Assembly: GCA_964016885.1 (NCBI GenBank)
Contig: OZ024746.1
Coordinates: 88,536,001 to 88,600,000 of the forward strand
Length of the DNA: 64,000 bases
Direction of reading: 5' to 3'
Source of the DNA: Eledone cirrhosa
Taxonomy: Eukaryota
In this document: piece by piece, positions 26,125 through 41,419 of the stretch
Layout: every line of letters starts with the position of its first letter
Position numbering within the stretch: position 1 is the stretch's first letter
Position numbers and translations under genes: made by a program
Notes under the pieces: model-generated
Told to the model about the DNA's origin: nothing
What the model saw: only the letters and a program-made list of their open reading frames with translations
Database searches by the model: none

Positions 26125-26380
26125 TCATCATCATTATTCGTCGACTACTGTCGAGATGATTGATCTCACTCTCATGCCCGAGAATTCCCTGTCCCCCATC
26201 GCTGCCCTCATGTCCTGTCTACTGATTCCCATATCCCTAGAGATAACGTCAGGGAATGACAGCTTCCTACTCCTAGTCAGGCTGGAGTTAGGGTTCCAGA
26301 GCAAGAGAGCGGATATGATTTCATTGCTGGCACGGTGACAGTGGCCAGCAAATTGAGCTCTCCGGGATTTTAGAACTTAG
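26125..26380 (-). mobile_element. Second RTE/RTEX-type LINE family, 3' fragment with (TGA)n tail
   Basis: LKSRRAQFAGHCHRASNEIISALLLWNP...SFPDVISRDMG...AAMGDREF...* followed by tgatgatga. Confidence 0.75.
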
Positions 26381-26774
26381 CGTGTCTCACAAACTCACAC
26401 CACTAAAAATAGCAGTCAAGTTTACTAGCATTTAAATTAGCTCGACAAGTTAACGGAGCCGAATATATCAAAGGTATATATTGAGGTAGACACTCAAAAT
26501 AGTCTCTTACAATAAAATAGTTCTAGGAAATATATTGTTCTTGAATTATTCTTGATTTATGCTTAAATGGAGTCTGGCAAACCCTATTATCCATAGTTAG
26601 TATTTTTTTCCCCTAAGCGAATTTGGTCCCTTACGATTTGAACACATGTATGCATATATCTGTGTTTACCTCTCTTTTATATACAATCATAATATACGGC
26701 TATTTTATTGTAAGAGACTATTTTGAGTTTCTAACTCAATATGTAACTTTGATAAATATATATATATATATATA

Positions 26775-29700
26775 CTAGCAGATGTACCCGGCTTTGCCCG
26801 GTATAACTCTCAATGGAGTAATCGTTCAAATGAAGCGAATGACTTCCGTTAAACACGACTATAGAAGTAACAATGTATATGTGTTGGCCCTAAAGATTGC
26901 CTTTGAACGTCCACTTTGAAATATCTCTGCAGCTGTTCTGCCAGCAAAATGAATCCGATGGTAACAATTTAAAGGTGGTGGCCCTGAAGAGGGCCTTGGA
27001 TTGTTCACTCTTAAAAGTCCCAGCGGCAGAGCTGTCAGCAAAGACGACTCCGATTAGAGGTGGTGGCCTTGAAGAAGTCCTTCACACGACTTTGGTGTAT
27101 CATATTTGCTTTGCTTGTTATTTTAGATTGTACCCTAGAAAAGCATGTAACAGTCGGTGGCCACAAAAATGGCCTTGGCAAGATCACGCTGGAATGTAAA
27201 AAAAATGTGTAAATAAGATGTACGGAATATTTATAACGTATAGCAAAAGCAACCTCAGAGGCGTACGTGGTATTGTCAAATGGACAAAAATAGCACACGG
27301 ATACAGCAAATGTAAGCACTTATGCAAAAGAAAAAAAACGATTAATTTTTGGTGGATAAGATGTCTACAAAACTTCCTTATAGACTTTAATTTGGGTTTC
27401 TCGCGAGTTGAAAAAGAAAATAGGTTATGTCGGCTCCCCACTCGAGAGCAACCAAATTATAGTGTATAAGGAAGTTTTGTAGACATCTTATCCACCAAAA
27501 ATTAATCGCTTTTTTTCTTTTGCATAAGTGCTTACATTTGCTGTATCCGTGTGCTATTTTTGTCCATTTGACAATACCACGTCGACATCATATGATGTTT
27601 CATGTATAATGCCGTTTGGAATGTCGGATGGCGCATCTCGAAGTCTTTGCGGAAGCCCATATTTCTCCAAGACATCTCCGCCCATTGAAGCCACTCTGTC
27701 TTCAATATCCATCAGAGCTCTGTTATATATAGCGTCTGAAAAGCCGAAATCTAAGTTTGGAGATTGCAATTGAGCGAGACACTTATATTCGTCTACGAAA
27801 TCATCTTTAAACTTTTGCCATAAAGAGTAAGGATCGCTGAATTCACAGACGTGCAAGAGGATAGCAAAAATTGCCCTTAGACTACGGGAAGGTTGTGAAA
27901 TTGCAGCTTCCGTCAAGGTTGCATCCCATTGTGCGTCATCTTCTAAAAGTCCACGCTTCAAGCAGGCTTACCTGTACCTTCTGCAGGCGTATCCATCGAC
28001 GGTTCTCAGATGAGTGAAGCAGGTCGGCCCTCTTACCTCATGAAGCAGAAGTCGCAGGTAGAAGCATTCGTGTTGGGTAGCGTGGAACGTATAAACTCGC
28101 CCAGGGCAATTGTCGAATTTCCTTTGTAGCCATTTTTTTCTGGTTCCATGTATAGTAAGACGATATATCAGTATACAGCAGAGTTCGAGCGAAGTCGTCG
28201 TGTTGACACAGTTTGAACAAAGCGGCGAGTATTTTCCTTTTGGCGAGATCGTTAGCTGAGCAGCTGTTGCATCGTTTAAATACACCCGTTGACAGTTTTC
28301 AAGGTGAACGGCAAGTTGTTTAATGACAGGTTGTCGTTGGTGAAATGGGAAGCCAACAATGCTCCAAAATGCTTCATTGCTGCTAATATATCGGCCTGCT
28401 TGGTAATCAGATACCTCGCCTCTACTGTTTTCATGACGAAGACCAAAGACCGCAGCATCCGATCCCTTGTTTACGTACTTACAAACGTATTTTATTGATT
28501 TTACTGAGTTGCAAAATTCGACGCTTTCAAGAGGATGGGGCAATATTGCACTATCCAGCTGTTGTCGATTTCGAGTTCGCCATCATCTTCAGGTCTCCTA
28601 CGCCTATAAAATGGATATCCGTCACCGCCAGTCTGTGTTTCCTGCAAAAATGGCCTGCGATATCGTTTTGTATACTTTCCGTCGTGTATGCAAGGGGACG
28701 TCATATTGAGTCCATGTCTGCAAGGATCATGGACCATGTTTGATGTGACTATAGAGAAAAGGTCCTTGTCAATCGACGGATCAGGTAGTTCGGCAGAAAT
28801 GAATTTGTCGGTGTAGTTTGAACAGATTTTTGGAACCAACCAAATCAAGATATGGGCAGGGGGCAGCCATCGTTTCTGCTATGCAACCCCAAAACCTGTC
28901 CTTTCTTTAATAAATCTATTAATTTGGATAATTTCAGGCGAAACCCTTGCTATGAGATCGTGCCTGTGTTTTGGTGTTTGACTGTGGAACAGTTCGTTTG
29001 TAATCTCCTTCCACTTGGGATTGCATGAAAAGGTTATGAAAATGTCGGGCGCCCATAATGTCGTACGTATGTCATGGCGTCCTGATTCCTCTCGTGCATG
29101 TATCTTGTTTCCCCTGTGAACGTTGTAGGCAAAATACACACTTGCCTTAAAATGTTTGGGGATACGTCGTTGTTAATTCCATCGCGTAGATGAATGCAGC
29201 ATTCAGATCGAAGTTTCTTTTGATTTAATTTAATGAACCATTATCTCTCGGACTCCATTTTAACGGCCATATCAACAGCAAATTGTTGGAAAAGGTCCCG
29301 AGAACGGTGTAGATGGTTGAATGAATTGTCCTTTACCATGAATCGGAAAGTGTAGAAATTCATGCAGGTGACAGTTTTGCTAAGATGTGCCTCACCATTG
29401 CCTGCTGAATGTTGAGGAATGCCAAAATGGTATCCGTCCTCGCCGTTGACAAATAGCAATGGATAATGGAGTGCATCGAAGGACCTGTGTGTCTCATTGA
29501 TACGCTGTAATGTGCTGTCTCGATGCTTTAGAATGATATCTACTCGTTGTGCTGTTCACCACAAATAACCGCAGCAATCTCATTACAAGTTGATGCCTTG
29601 AACCTACCAGCGTGTTCTCCAGATGGCCGTCGGCCAGCATGTATGGCCACACTAAAGTTTGGGTCGGTGGCTGTTTCCAATGCGTACTTGAAACTGCGAA

Positions 29701-30572
29701 CATAGCTGTTTTTATCATGAAGTATTTCTTGAGGTTTTATTATGGTTTCAATGTTAGTTTCGGACGAAATAGAGTTTCGCATCTCTGCCTGCTCCTGATA
29801 GATTCCAACGAAGTATAACTGAATAAATTGAGGATCCTTTTCTGCCAGAGACAGAATGGATCCAATCAAGTGGTAGATCAGCCCCTGTACCTTGAAAGTT
29901 GGCATGAACCCACGTTCCGATGCAAGCTTTGCTCCGAAGGAAACTTCGATGATTCCTCCGTCGTGTCTGTGAAAAGGAGTTGCAATGTCTCCGGGGGGAT
30001 CGTAAATGGGAGGTAGACTAACTTTACCGTTTGAACAGCACATTCCATATCTCTCCCCTGGCCACTTTTACGTATGACAAAACTAGCAAGTACAGGTCAT
30101 TTGCCCAATTTGAATATCTGCATGGACGGCGTAGTCGGAGAAGGGGTCATAGTTGAAGCCCTTCAACAACCATCGTGAATTGTAAGTCCTAGAAATGCCA
30201 CGTAACGATGACCGTCGCTGTTTATTTTGCAGAAGTCGGCCACGTCGCTGCTCTATTGTTTCAGCAGTGGCGGCGTCCCTCCTTCGTCGAAAGGCACATT
30301 GTCATTCATCCTCTCGAGCGCGAGCATCAGTAGTCACGGCAGCATCTTTGTTCCGTCGAAGTTAAAGCCGACTGTCATCCTCCTCCGCTCTTGCAGCTGC
30401 CGTCTGCACAGCATTGTGAGAACCTGATCGCAGTCGCATTTACATCTTCGGTGAGACGCCTTCGCTTTGACCTACTTGCATCATTAGATAATCGACCAAT
30501 GAAAGTTCTTTTCTTGGGGGTATTGTTTTTTAGAAAATTAACCAATGAGAACCATAAATAGTGGACAAACAA
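26775..30572 (-). mobile_element. Decayed autonomous-type Helitron (RepHel pseudogene; helicase domain missing; 5' end unresolved, possibly ~31.3-32 kb)
   Basis: Fragmented ORFs give MCCSNGKVSLP, FMPTFKVQGLIYHLIGS, LFVNGEDGY, FQQFAVDMAVKMESER, PDIFITFSCNPKWKEI, a broken HUH motif (QKR.LP/AHILIW at ~28870-28840), SIKYVCKYVNKGSD, RYISSNEAFW, LAVHLEN, ECFYLRLLL and GLLEDDAQW. The 3' end is a GC hairpin plus CTAG|T at 26778-26775. Confidence 0.93.
27265..27582. mobile_element. Foldback/MITE-like element (arms ~27265-27408 and ~27440-27582) inside the Helitron
   Basis: acgtggtattgtcaaatggac...aaacttccttata is repeated in reverse complement. The same peptide appears in the ORF track on both strands. 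Left flank TA, right flank TC. Confidence 0.85.
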
Positions 30573-32591
30573 CGTTTAAGTAAGCAAATCTAAACAGGGA
30601 TATAAATTGTGAAAAATTGTGATAAATCTAGGTGGTCCGAGAAAGTGGATATGTTTTGCAAGATTTTGTGTACCAGTCAAATTTCAGGTTTAAAGTTAGG
30701 GGCAACGCAGCGTACGAACTACCTGTGATAAAGGAAATTAAATAGTTTGGATACAGTGGTAGGTATATTAGTGTCAGAATGTTTGTTCAGTTCGAACATA
30801 GCAATAAGTAAGTACTAACCATTGAAAGGATACAGGCAAAAATGCCGAAAAATCTCAGCATTTTAAACTGGAATCTTATGACCCTTTAACTAAACCTCCT
30901 TTAATGTGACAAATATTGAAGAAGCATGCATTTCAGAAACATGGGGTACCTTATGAGAGTACACATGTTAAAAACCTACCAGTTGTCAAAAGCCAAAAGA
31001 GATGTGTAATCCTAGGTCGGACTTGACCGATATAAATAGGAGTGATTTCGCTCAATGAACAACACTTGAGTTGTCTGATTGGTTAGATAATACAAATAAG
31101 TGTGATGAAATCTACTGAACACAACTCACTGATATGCGGTTGGCCAGAGGTCGCCATTTCGCACTTAATTGAGGTGCAATTAGACGGGGAGACAACCGGG
31201 TGCAAAAACTAATCAATCATTCGCACATTTTAGGCTACATGGCTCCAAGGAGCTAGAGTACGTAGTATAACAAACAGTAAAGTATTATATTTGTATGTTA
31301 AATATTCTTGCTGAATGCTTATTTGAATATTAATTAGCACTATGGCAAACATGGTTGTGCATAATTTTAGCAGTGATCACATCACAGCTCAAACAAGTCA
31401 GACGTTTATAAAATGATAAATTATTATGAGTACATAAATCATTGTATATGAAATACATACATCTGTATGATGTACCATGCTGTGATATAGCTATATCTAA
31501 CAAACACTTCCCCGTCAAGCTTAAACTGTATGTAAATAATTTTAGTTAATATGTGTGTATGTAGTTCAGCTAATTGAGTAGGAATATATTGTTTACAAAA
31601 TCTATTCCATCTATTTAGGCACTGGTAAATTGGCATAAGTGCCTGTTGATGAGTAATAACTTGCAAATGGGTGAATGTAAAACGATACAGTAGGACATAT
31701 GGTATGATACAGGCTTAAAATGCGTTCAGTGGGAATAATATTATGTTTTATTTATAAAAACAATATGTGCTTACAGCTTCCAATGCGCTTCCCCGTACTG
31801 TGAAATACAATGGCAGAAAGAATGTTCAAAATTTTCATCAATCGTAAAGGGAGAGCCGTTCAAACACAATGTTAATGAATATCGCGTAATATTTGAACAA
31901 GAATAAGTGTGTGTATGTGTTTATGTGTGTATGTGTGGGTGTCTGTGTGCAGGATATCCATAGATTAAAGGTCAAGTAAAACTATGCTCAAGCTATTGCA
32001 ATAGAGCTTATTTAGTATAATTAAAAATTCCATACACTTAACATGTTTGTGAGAGCTTCGGTTTCAGTGTCCAGTTATAGATCCACTGTTTAATGGAAGA
32101 GACTCTCCCAAACTGGTATCACATCCAGTACTATGAAATAATCTCAAAAGAAACATTTCGCCGATTATAATTGGTTTTAAATAGTGGGGAACCGCTTTTC
32201 CAGAACAAGGGAGTTAATTCTGGAGTCTTGAATATCTGAGCCTTAACTTATAAGCTGATTGGTGTGAAAAATGGGTATGAATCATGTTGATTATTAATTA
32301 CATAAACAGCATAACCACGTTGAATAAGATCATTATCAACAGAAATCGTGGAATGTTTATCATTGCGGTATCAAGGATGGGCACTTTTGGGACATATTGC
32401 AAATATTTTAGTCTCTTAAAACATTTTCTCAATAATAAATATCTGAATACACCACCAACACCACCACCACCACAAAAAAAGACAATTGTTTGGATATTCA
32501 ATATAACTTACACGTCAGATTACAAACATATATTTATAACAGAGAGCGATTTTATTATAAAATAGATATACAAATGTTAACTGTATATATA

Positions 32592-32640
<49 letters not shown>

Positions 32641-32883
32641 GAATAATCGAGTATCGAAAAATCGGCGCACGAGTTCACGATAAACAAAATTCGACATGAG
32701 TGGCAGAGGGCTCAATAATTCAGATAAATCAGAGCTATAACTATCGTTAAAATACCAACACACATAGATCATGTCTAAAATCAACCATACGACCGAAAAA
32801 TTACGATCCGGAAGATTCGGGTCACTCAGATAAAATATCAATAAATCAATAAATCATATATATATATATATGTTTTCAATTCA

Positions 32884-33212
32884 TATCCCTTTACATACTG
32901 CGTTCAAAACCTTCTGAGGTTAACTTTGCCTTTCATTCTTACGGGATCGATAAAATAAAGTACCAGTAATGTACTGAGTAATTGTTAGCCTATGCCGAAA
33001 GTAGAAACAATTATATTGTAATACAAGTGTGCTGGATTGGCAGTATCGGTAGAATGTCAGACACCTTGCTTTGCAGTATAGTGTTATACCCCTTTGTGAG
33101 CCGCGTTCAAATTATGCCTTTCATCATTACGGGGTCGATAAAATAAAGTACCATTTAATCGAGTTTCCCCTCCCTTAAACTTGCTGGTCTAGTGCCTATA
33201 TAAGAAACCATT
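32884..33212 (+). mobile_element. Two tandem SINE copies (short subfamily then long subfamily)
   Basis: Core and tail motifs at ~32920-33009 and ~33030-33212. Confidence 0.85.
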
Positions 33213-35537
33213 ATATGTACCATTACTGGTACTTTATACAAGTAAAAATAAATGTGAAGATTAAATATTTATCAGGATTTATTGAAGAGCGGTAAAATAT
33301 CTTAATATTGAAATGATTTGAATCTGTTTGAGTTTTTCCTATTCCGTAAGTAACGAATAGCTCATTATTAAATCGGTATAACATTTTTGATTATATTGTT
33401 GTTTTCTTTGAATAATATTATATCATATAGACACACATTACAGGTAGTTATTGGTTTTCTAGCTCGTGTAGTTATTTTAATTATGTTACTGTGATCCATA
33501 TAGAATCACCATTGGAGTTGGTTTCTGCTCAATGTCGTCTCATATGTGGACAAATAAATATTTAAATGTTTATTTAATATTACATACCTATATTATCTAT
33601 GCTTTCGTAGAGATTATTATGTAGGCAAGACGGTTGCTATTTCAAGCCAAATAAGCAACCATTTAGAGACTCCATAGGCATGTCTCTCGTAAATGATAAC
33701 AGGAACCTTACAGTAACTTATTCAAAATAACACATTATTGACGTGAAGTATAGACAATAACAGCTACCATAGGTATAGCCAATTGAATTTACCTCAGTGA
33801 AAGATTCAGCTTATTTACACAAACCTTTACGATCGACGCACCTTCAAGACACTCCTATGATTCATGGTGATCAAATTGCCTTTTACCATCACTGTTTACC
33901 GTCTTTCTTTTGAGTAGTATGTGTGTGAATTCAAGTTATATAACAAAGTATGTCTCAATGGTGCCCCAAAATAAAGGTGCACTAAGGTTTGCTCAACTGG
34001 TTACTGATTTCAATAATAATTAAATAAGTCCGAAGTTAATATTATGCATTCTGAAGTTAGTCCACACATTAATCCTCAACGTTATTAAATAAAGCACATT
34101 ATATATCCTGTATGTATTTGTTTAGCCTGTGTGGTTCAAAATGAATGTTAGTCACAGGGGAGGAGGTAATGCTAAAGTGTCCGAGGAAACTAATCATAGT
34201 ACACGTTTACTGTTACTGTACCTATCTCCTCCTCTATAGATACCGAAAATATTAAATTACCTAGGAGGTTCTTACATGAAGAAATGAAAATACCGACATA
34301 TAAAACCATTAAATTAGCTTTGAAACTAATATAGATAAACCTATCCAAAGCTAAGATGAAGAAAACGTTTTAAAGTAAAATTTTATCTCAACAAGTTATT
34401 AAGCTTCGAGTCTTGTTTCTCTCCCATGAGTGACTTTATATTACCATTTTCTGCAAACAAATGAAGACATGTTTAAAATTTATCTCAGTCAGAGAACCAA
34501 TAATTTACAAACGATGAATACGGTTTTCAGCATCGATACCACGGAGTTATCCTCTGAGGAAAAAGATCAAGGAAATAATGTATCTTCTAAAGCAGGCAAT
34601 TTTAAATTAGCACTGACAAAATGTTCGCTGTTGTATGCTATGAAGTTGCCAAATAGATATGATGTTGGTTTACCGTCCAAATGTTCACGGATTCGCAACG
34701 TGACACAATGAATGAACTGCTTGATAGATTAATGGCATTTCAAGTTTTAATTCTGATTTTGTGATCATATCCTAAAATATGTATGGATCATAGCAGTAGA
34801 ATTTAGTTTTAAGTAAATTAGTTTTCAAACTGAAGCTAAAGCTGCTATCATTTCGTTATATATTTCTTTAAAATAACCTTCTCAGAACTACGACAAATGC
34901 TATCTATACAACGCTAGCATTAGCTTTTAAGATTTGGCTTACAGGCCATGTTAAATATGTGGTCTGTTTACTGATGAGATGGGTTTTAAGATATTTAAGT
35001 GGGATTTGATATCGGAAAGGAAAAAGCCGAAAGTGATACCGCAATTTGTCTCATTAGGGAAATGAACAATCGCGTCTACCAACATTATATATGCCGAGCC
35101 CGAAATGATAAAAATAACAACACAAGACATTCTGTTCGACTGTCTAATTAATCTGCCATTTAGCACACGTGGAACTGATATATCGATTGTTTTTGTGTTA
35201 CACTCACATATGTTTGCAAACACATACGTAAGGATTGTTTGTTTTACTTTTAAATCTGCTGATCAAATTTTGGAAGACGAACATTATTTAATTAAGAGGT
35301 CACTATATTCTAGGAGCGAAGGATATAGTAGGAATTCCCGGAATATATTTGCGTAACTACTATATGAAACCAATAATTAGATAAAATCTAAGTATTTTGT
35401 GGGTGAATAGGATTTGTGCATTGAAATTCCTTCATGAAAACATATATATCCGGTGGTTTTGTTATCGAAATACATTCATAAGTACATAGACACAAACACA
35501 TAGCTCAGTTTTCATCTCACATACACACATACACACA

Positions 35538-35611
<74 letters not shown>

Positions 35612-35613
<2 letters not shown>

Positions 35614-36520
35614 TATTGAAGTTTCCGTTACCATAATCCAAATGAAAATTTAAAATATATAAATAAAGGATCTTGCCATCCTCCCATCGATTTTAAAAAT
35701 CTCATCTCCAAGATTAACAGTAGGATCTTCACCCTCTCTTCCTCAGAACCGATTTTCAATAAGGCACCCACCTACCATAATAAACCCATTCAACATAGCG
35801 GATTTAGTGAACCGATTAATTAAATACCCAACAATACTAACTCCTTAAACATAATAATAGTAAAAGAAAAATAATCTGCTTCACACCCCTCTACTCTTTA
35901 GCAGTTAAAACTAATGTAGGCAAAAAATCCCTAGAACTTTAGATAAAGATTTCCCTAGAACACATAGATACTATAGGATCTTCAATAGAAACTGTGTCAA
36001 AATCAGCTACTCCTTCGGTCCCTCTATTAAATTTTATATCTTAATAAGAAAACACCCAGAGAACATCACAATTGCTCCTGTAGAGTCAAAAGTAAATGCC
36101 CATCACAAGGTAAATACAGGACCAAAGCCATTGTATATGAGGCGAAAGTGACAAACACCAGCAACAACCTACGAGCCACCAGCGAACGATATGTGGGTAT
36201 GACACAAGATAAATTCCAAACGCGTTATTACTCACGTGTCGCATCTTTCCGATATCCGGAAAAAAGATTTACAACAGCTCTGTCTAGCAGAATATGCGAC
36301 TTGAAGGACCAAGGTATCCAATATGAATTAGATTGGTCAATTTTGAACCAATCTAAAGAATATTCAAGAGGAACAAGAAGATGCGCACTCTGCATAAGTG
36401 AAAAGTATTGGATTTCACAGAATCTTAATCACCAAAAACTTGCCTAAATGCAAAAGCAGAAATGTTCAGCAGTTGCCCACACATGAAATCACTCTTGCTT
36501 TCCGGCTCATAAACTTAATT
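35612..36520 (+). mobile_element. 5'-truncated Hydra-type PLE (thumb/linker plus GIY-YIG), starting at (TA)n
   Basis: YINKGSCHPP..SSSEPIF..KRKIICFTPLYSLAVKTNVGKK..RIFNRNCVKISYS..CSCRVKSKCPSQG..IVYEAKV..RYVGMTQDKFQTRY..CALCISEK, with frameshifts. Confidence 0.88.
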
Positions 36521-36608
36521 CACTTTCAGACACTTATCCTCCATAAACTCTTGTTCTTCACTTTCCTTAACTTACCTCTTTAGATACTTCTCTTTCAGTT
36601 TCAATTAA

Positions 36609-36884
36609 TTTTTATTTTTATTTTTATTTTTATTTTTATTTTTATTTTTATTTTTATTTTTATTTTTATTTTTATTTTTATTTTTATTTTTATTTTTATT
36701 TTTATTTTTATTTTTATTTTTATTTTTATTTTTATTTTTATTTTTATTTTTATTTTTATTTTTATTTTTATTTTTATTTTTATTTTTATTTTTATTTTTA
36801 TTTTTATTTTTATTTTTATTTTTATTTTTATTTTTATTTTTATTTTTATTTTTATTTTTATTTTTATTTTTATTTTTATTTTTA
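36609..36884. repeat. (TTTTTA)n hexanucleotide tract, about 46 units
   Basis: Direct reading; lies in the PLE 3' UTR. Confidence 0.95.
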
Positions 36885-38234
36885 CTTCACATCCAATAGT
36901 AGACCAATGCCACTTGATTCACTTACTTTATATCTTAACAATTTTACATATTTAACTTCCACCTTTTCTTTCACTACCTGATATCACTGTCGCTTGTGTT
37001 TTTAACTCCAGATATTTTCCTTTGTCCCTCAGCCGCTTTTATGTATGTTTACTTGCGTATATTTTGTATCCATTTATATATGGCTGTTTTTCTTATATAT
37101 GTATGTATGCGTATGTGTGCATATATGTGTATACGTGTTCGTATATGTATACGAACTCAATCGTATGTGTGATTGTGTGTGTGTTTACATATACGTGTTT
37201 TTTATATGTATGTATATATATATATATATATATTTGGTCGCGTGCGTGCGTGTGATTAGCTGTGCATGTATGTGTATATATATGTGTATCGTATGTATGT
37301 ATGCGTGTATGTGTATGTGTGCTTTTGTGCATGAGTTTTTTTTGTCTGTACGTATATTTATATAAATATATATTTATATATATATATGTGTGTGTGTATG
37401 AGCTTTTTCGCATATATGCATGTTTTCTACTTTTTATTTATTATTTTTTTCTAATGTTACTATATATTATAACCCCTCCCACTTACTTTCTCTTTGCCTC
37501 AATTCTTTATTCTTATCTTATATATTATTTCATTAATTTATCATATTTTTATATTTGTATCGACCATTCAGTCTGACACTGCTTTGACTTTATACACCCC
37601 CTTCCCTGTATATATCACATACATGTATGTAGTTGCGCGTGCGTGTATGTTTATACGCGTGCGTCCTTTTATCCTTCTATGTGTATATATTTCAGCCATT
37701 AGTCCCTGAGTCTGTATGTTCGCTAACATTATCTTACAATTACTTTTACAACAAATATATATACACGTATTTGAGGCCACACATACATTAATATGTTTGC
37801 CCTCATGTATGTACATACGCACACATTTTTTCATTAAACACATGCAATTTGTTCATACACATGCATCTATATTTGTAAGTGCCTCCGGAATCCTCTCTCT
37901 CCACCTCTCTGACCCTTCCCCATCCACACACGCACACCGACCTACACCCCACCACACACACACCTTTTCCTGAACATACAACCCCGTTCTTCCCCCAACT
38001 CTAACTTTCACATACACACACACACACACACACACACATACACCTACACACACATACCACCTTCAGCCCTTCCCTCTCGGACACCCCACCTCCCTCTCTC
38101 CACTCAACCCGCCATCATCCCTACACGCCCCACACCCTTCCATCACCTGTTTTACTTCATGTTTATTTTAATTTTTATTATGCTTTTATATTTAATTTAA
38201 TTATATTTAAATAGTATATTTGATGGATGTATAG

Positions 38235-39090
38235 TATATTTGGTGTGTGTGCGAAGGTCTAAATTAATGTCTAAGAAATCTACGCTAGAGAGGTTGGTAG
38301 CTACTCTTATCTTAAGTCCTAACTCATTGAAGGTACAAGCTAAGTCTTTGTTTAAACCCGTCGAGGTCGTGACCAATTTTATGGCTCGATAATGACTGTC
38401 CGTCGTCGCGGTATATTCCCGTGTGGAAATCCGGGAATCTAACACGTAATATATCTAACATAAATAAGCCAACCAACGTCAGCACTGTCAAACCATCCCA
38501 AGGAGACGGCGTATAGGTCTGAAGTTGTTGACTTCTTTGCTCAGGCTGTGCGATGATTTCCCTGTCTAAACCATCGACGGTTGTGTAAGTGGTAGCGAAG
38601 TCCAACGTTTTGTTTAAAAGAGTCTCTGAGATTGACGGGTAAAAATCAACAATGTCGAACTCTGTGAACTTCGCTTTTGGGGATTTGAAGGAGTTGAAAC
38701 ACTTAATTACGAAGTCGCTGTTCTCCCACTGGGACAGGTTGGACTTGGTCCTAATGGTCTTAACTATGTTTCTGAGTATGGCCTTACTGACTAGTCCCAT
38801 ATCTGTGCGTGCCGGATTTATTACTCTACATGCGGGGTTAGAAGTAAAGTCTACCTTGTGATCTTTCAAGTGAGTAACGCCTCCCGCTTAGCTAGAGATT
38901 GTAGCTTCTTATCTACCTTAAGGGCGGCGGCAAGTTTTTTGGTTTCTGTATTAATGTCGTGGTAGGCCATAGGGTTAGCTGTCTTATATTTGGAAGTAAT
39001 ACGGTTATGGGCCAGGTTCGGAAAGTGGTGTTGTCGACTTCGTAATTATTATTAGTTTTGTCGGAAAGAATGAAAGTGTTATTAGAGGAC
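38235..39090 (-). mobile_element. PLE reverse transcriptase segment (inverted part of the 38.2-40.0 kb element)
   Basis: SDKTNNNY..LKDHKVDFTSNPACRVINPARTDMG..QWENS..FDIVDFYPSISE..GIYRDDG..VDFLDINLDL. Confidence 0.9.
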
Positions 39091-40211
<1,121 letters not shown>

Positions 40212-40385
40212 GGTGTATTATTGGTTGTGTCAAACGGTCCAATAAATTTTTATCTGCAATGTAAAGTTCTGCACGCTTTTGTATATCTCCAATTCCATTT
40301 ATGGGAACAGATAGATGATGTAAAACGGAGTATTTGTATCAAAATAAAGATCCTAAGTCATGGTATACATTTCCACTCATTTTAA

Positions 40386-40460
40386 TCACAGCACATGTTT
40401 CAATAATATAAATATCGATCGTATAGCCATGATCGATTATCACTGATCTCGTCAGGTGAA
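40386..40460 (-). ncRNA. Hammerhead motif with a single core substitution (U16.1 to C)
   Basis: UCAC-CUGACGA-stem II (AUCGAUC/GAUCGAU)-GAAA-CAUGUG-CU-GUGA, located between two (TA)n(GA)n tracts. Confidence 0.55.
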
Positions 40461-40553
40461 AATGAATTGTCTTCAAATTCTTGATATGAGGGAGAAAATG
40501 GACGGTGTTCACTCACAGAGTCCCTCATATGAAGATCAAGCAATCAAAACACG

Positions 40554-40653
<100 letters not shown>

Positions 40654-41419
40654 AGAGAGAGGATGTCGGGTAGATGGAGGGGGAGATAGAGAGAGGCGAC
40701 CGTAATATGTGCGCATGCAAATGAGCGTGGGTATGGGGAACATTCGTTTTGCGTTCGAATGTAATTTCAATCTCTTGTTATGAAAAAGAATGTTATAGAA
40801 ATGGCCAATGGGCTGGAAATGTTCTACATATATTTGTTCAATATAAGATCGTAACTCCGGATATATTTCAAGATAATCAATAAAAGATAAATATTTCGTA
40901 TGAGGAATGTTCACATAACAGAACAAACAAATTTGCTATGCACATGCGCGTTTTAATTAACAAAATATGAATTCCATACTGAAACTGAATGTGTATATGT
41001 TTATATGTTTGTGTCTATCTCATACGAGAATGTGTAATGGTTGCAGATGATGTTCTACAATTGTTCACATACAGTATTCAAAGAAACTAGTCCACTCTAA
41101 CGTAATTAGCTTCGGTTAAATTAAAGTTTGAAACAAAATCAACAGAATGAGTATTGTTTTAAATGTGCAGGAAGTGAATATCAAAGGGTTGTCTCTATTG
41201 AAATGGCACGCTTAAATAATTGTTAAATATATAATCAAATTTTTGCTACTATCTATTAATGCAGCAGCTATTTTGAAAATAACTTATACATGATAGTTTC
41301 AGATTAAGTGAGTACTGGATACTGACATTATATAATATATTGTCCACATTCTCATTCTTGTATCCTGGAGACTCTTAGTATTTCGGGTCTTACCACTTGC
41401 AGAGATATCAATTGAAGCA

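Noticed and set aside
31180-31970. Exact 5' end of the large Helitron
   Set aside because: No unambiguous TC terminus; candidate sites near 31260 and 31965 cannot be distinguished without other copies.
34965-35040. CTGATGA at ~34972 (also ~34554, ~42980, ~44544 minus, ~59393 minus) as hammerheads
   Set aside because: No convincing combination of stem I, GAAA and NUH site by eye; such heptamers are expected by chance.
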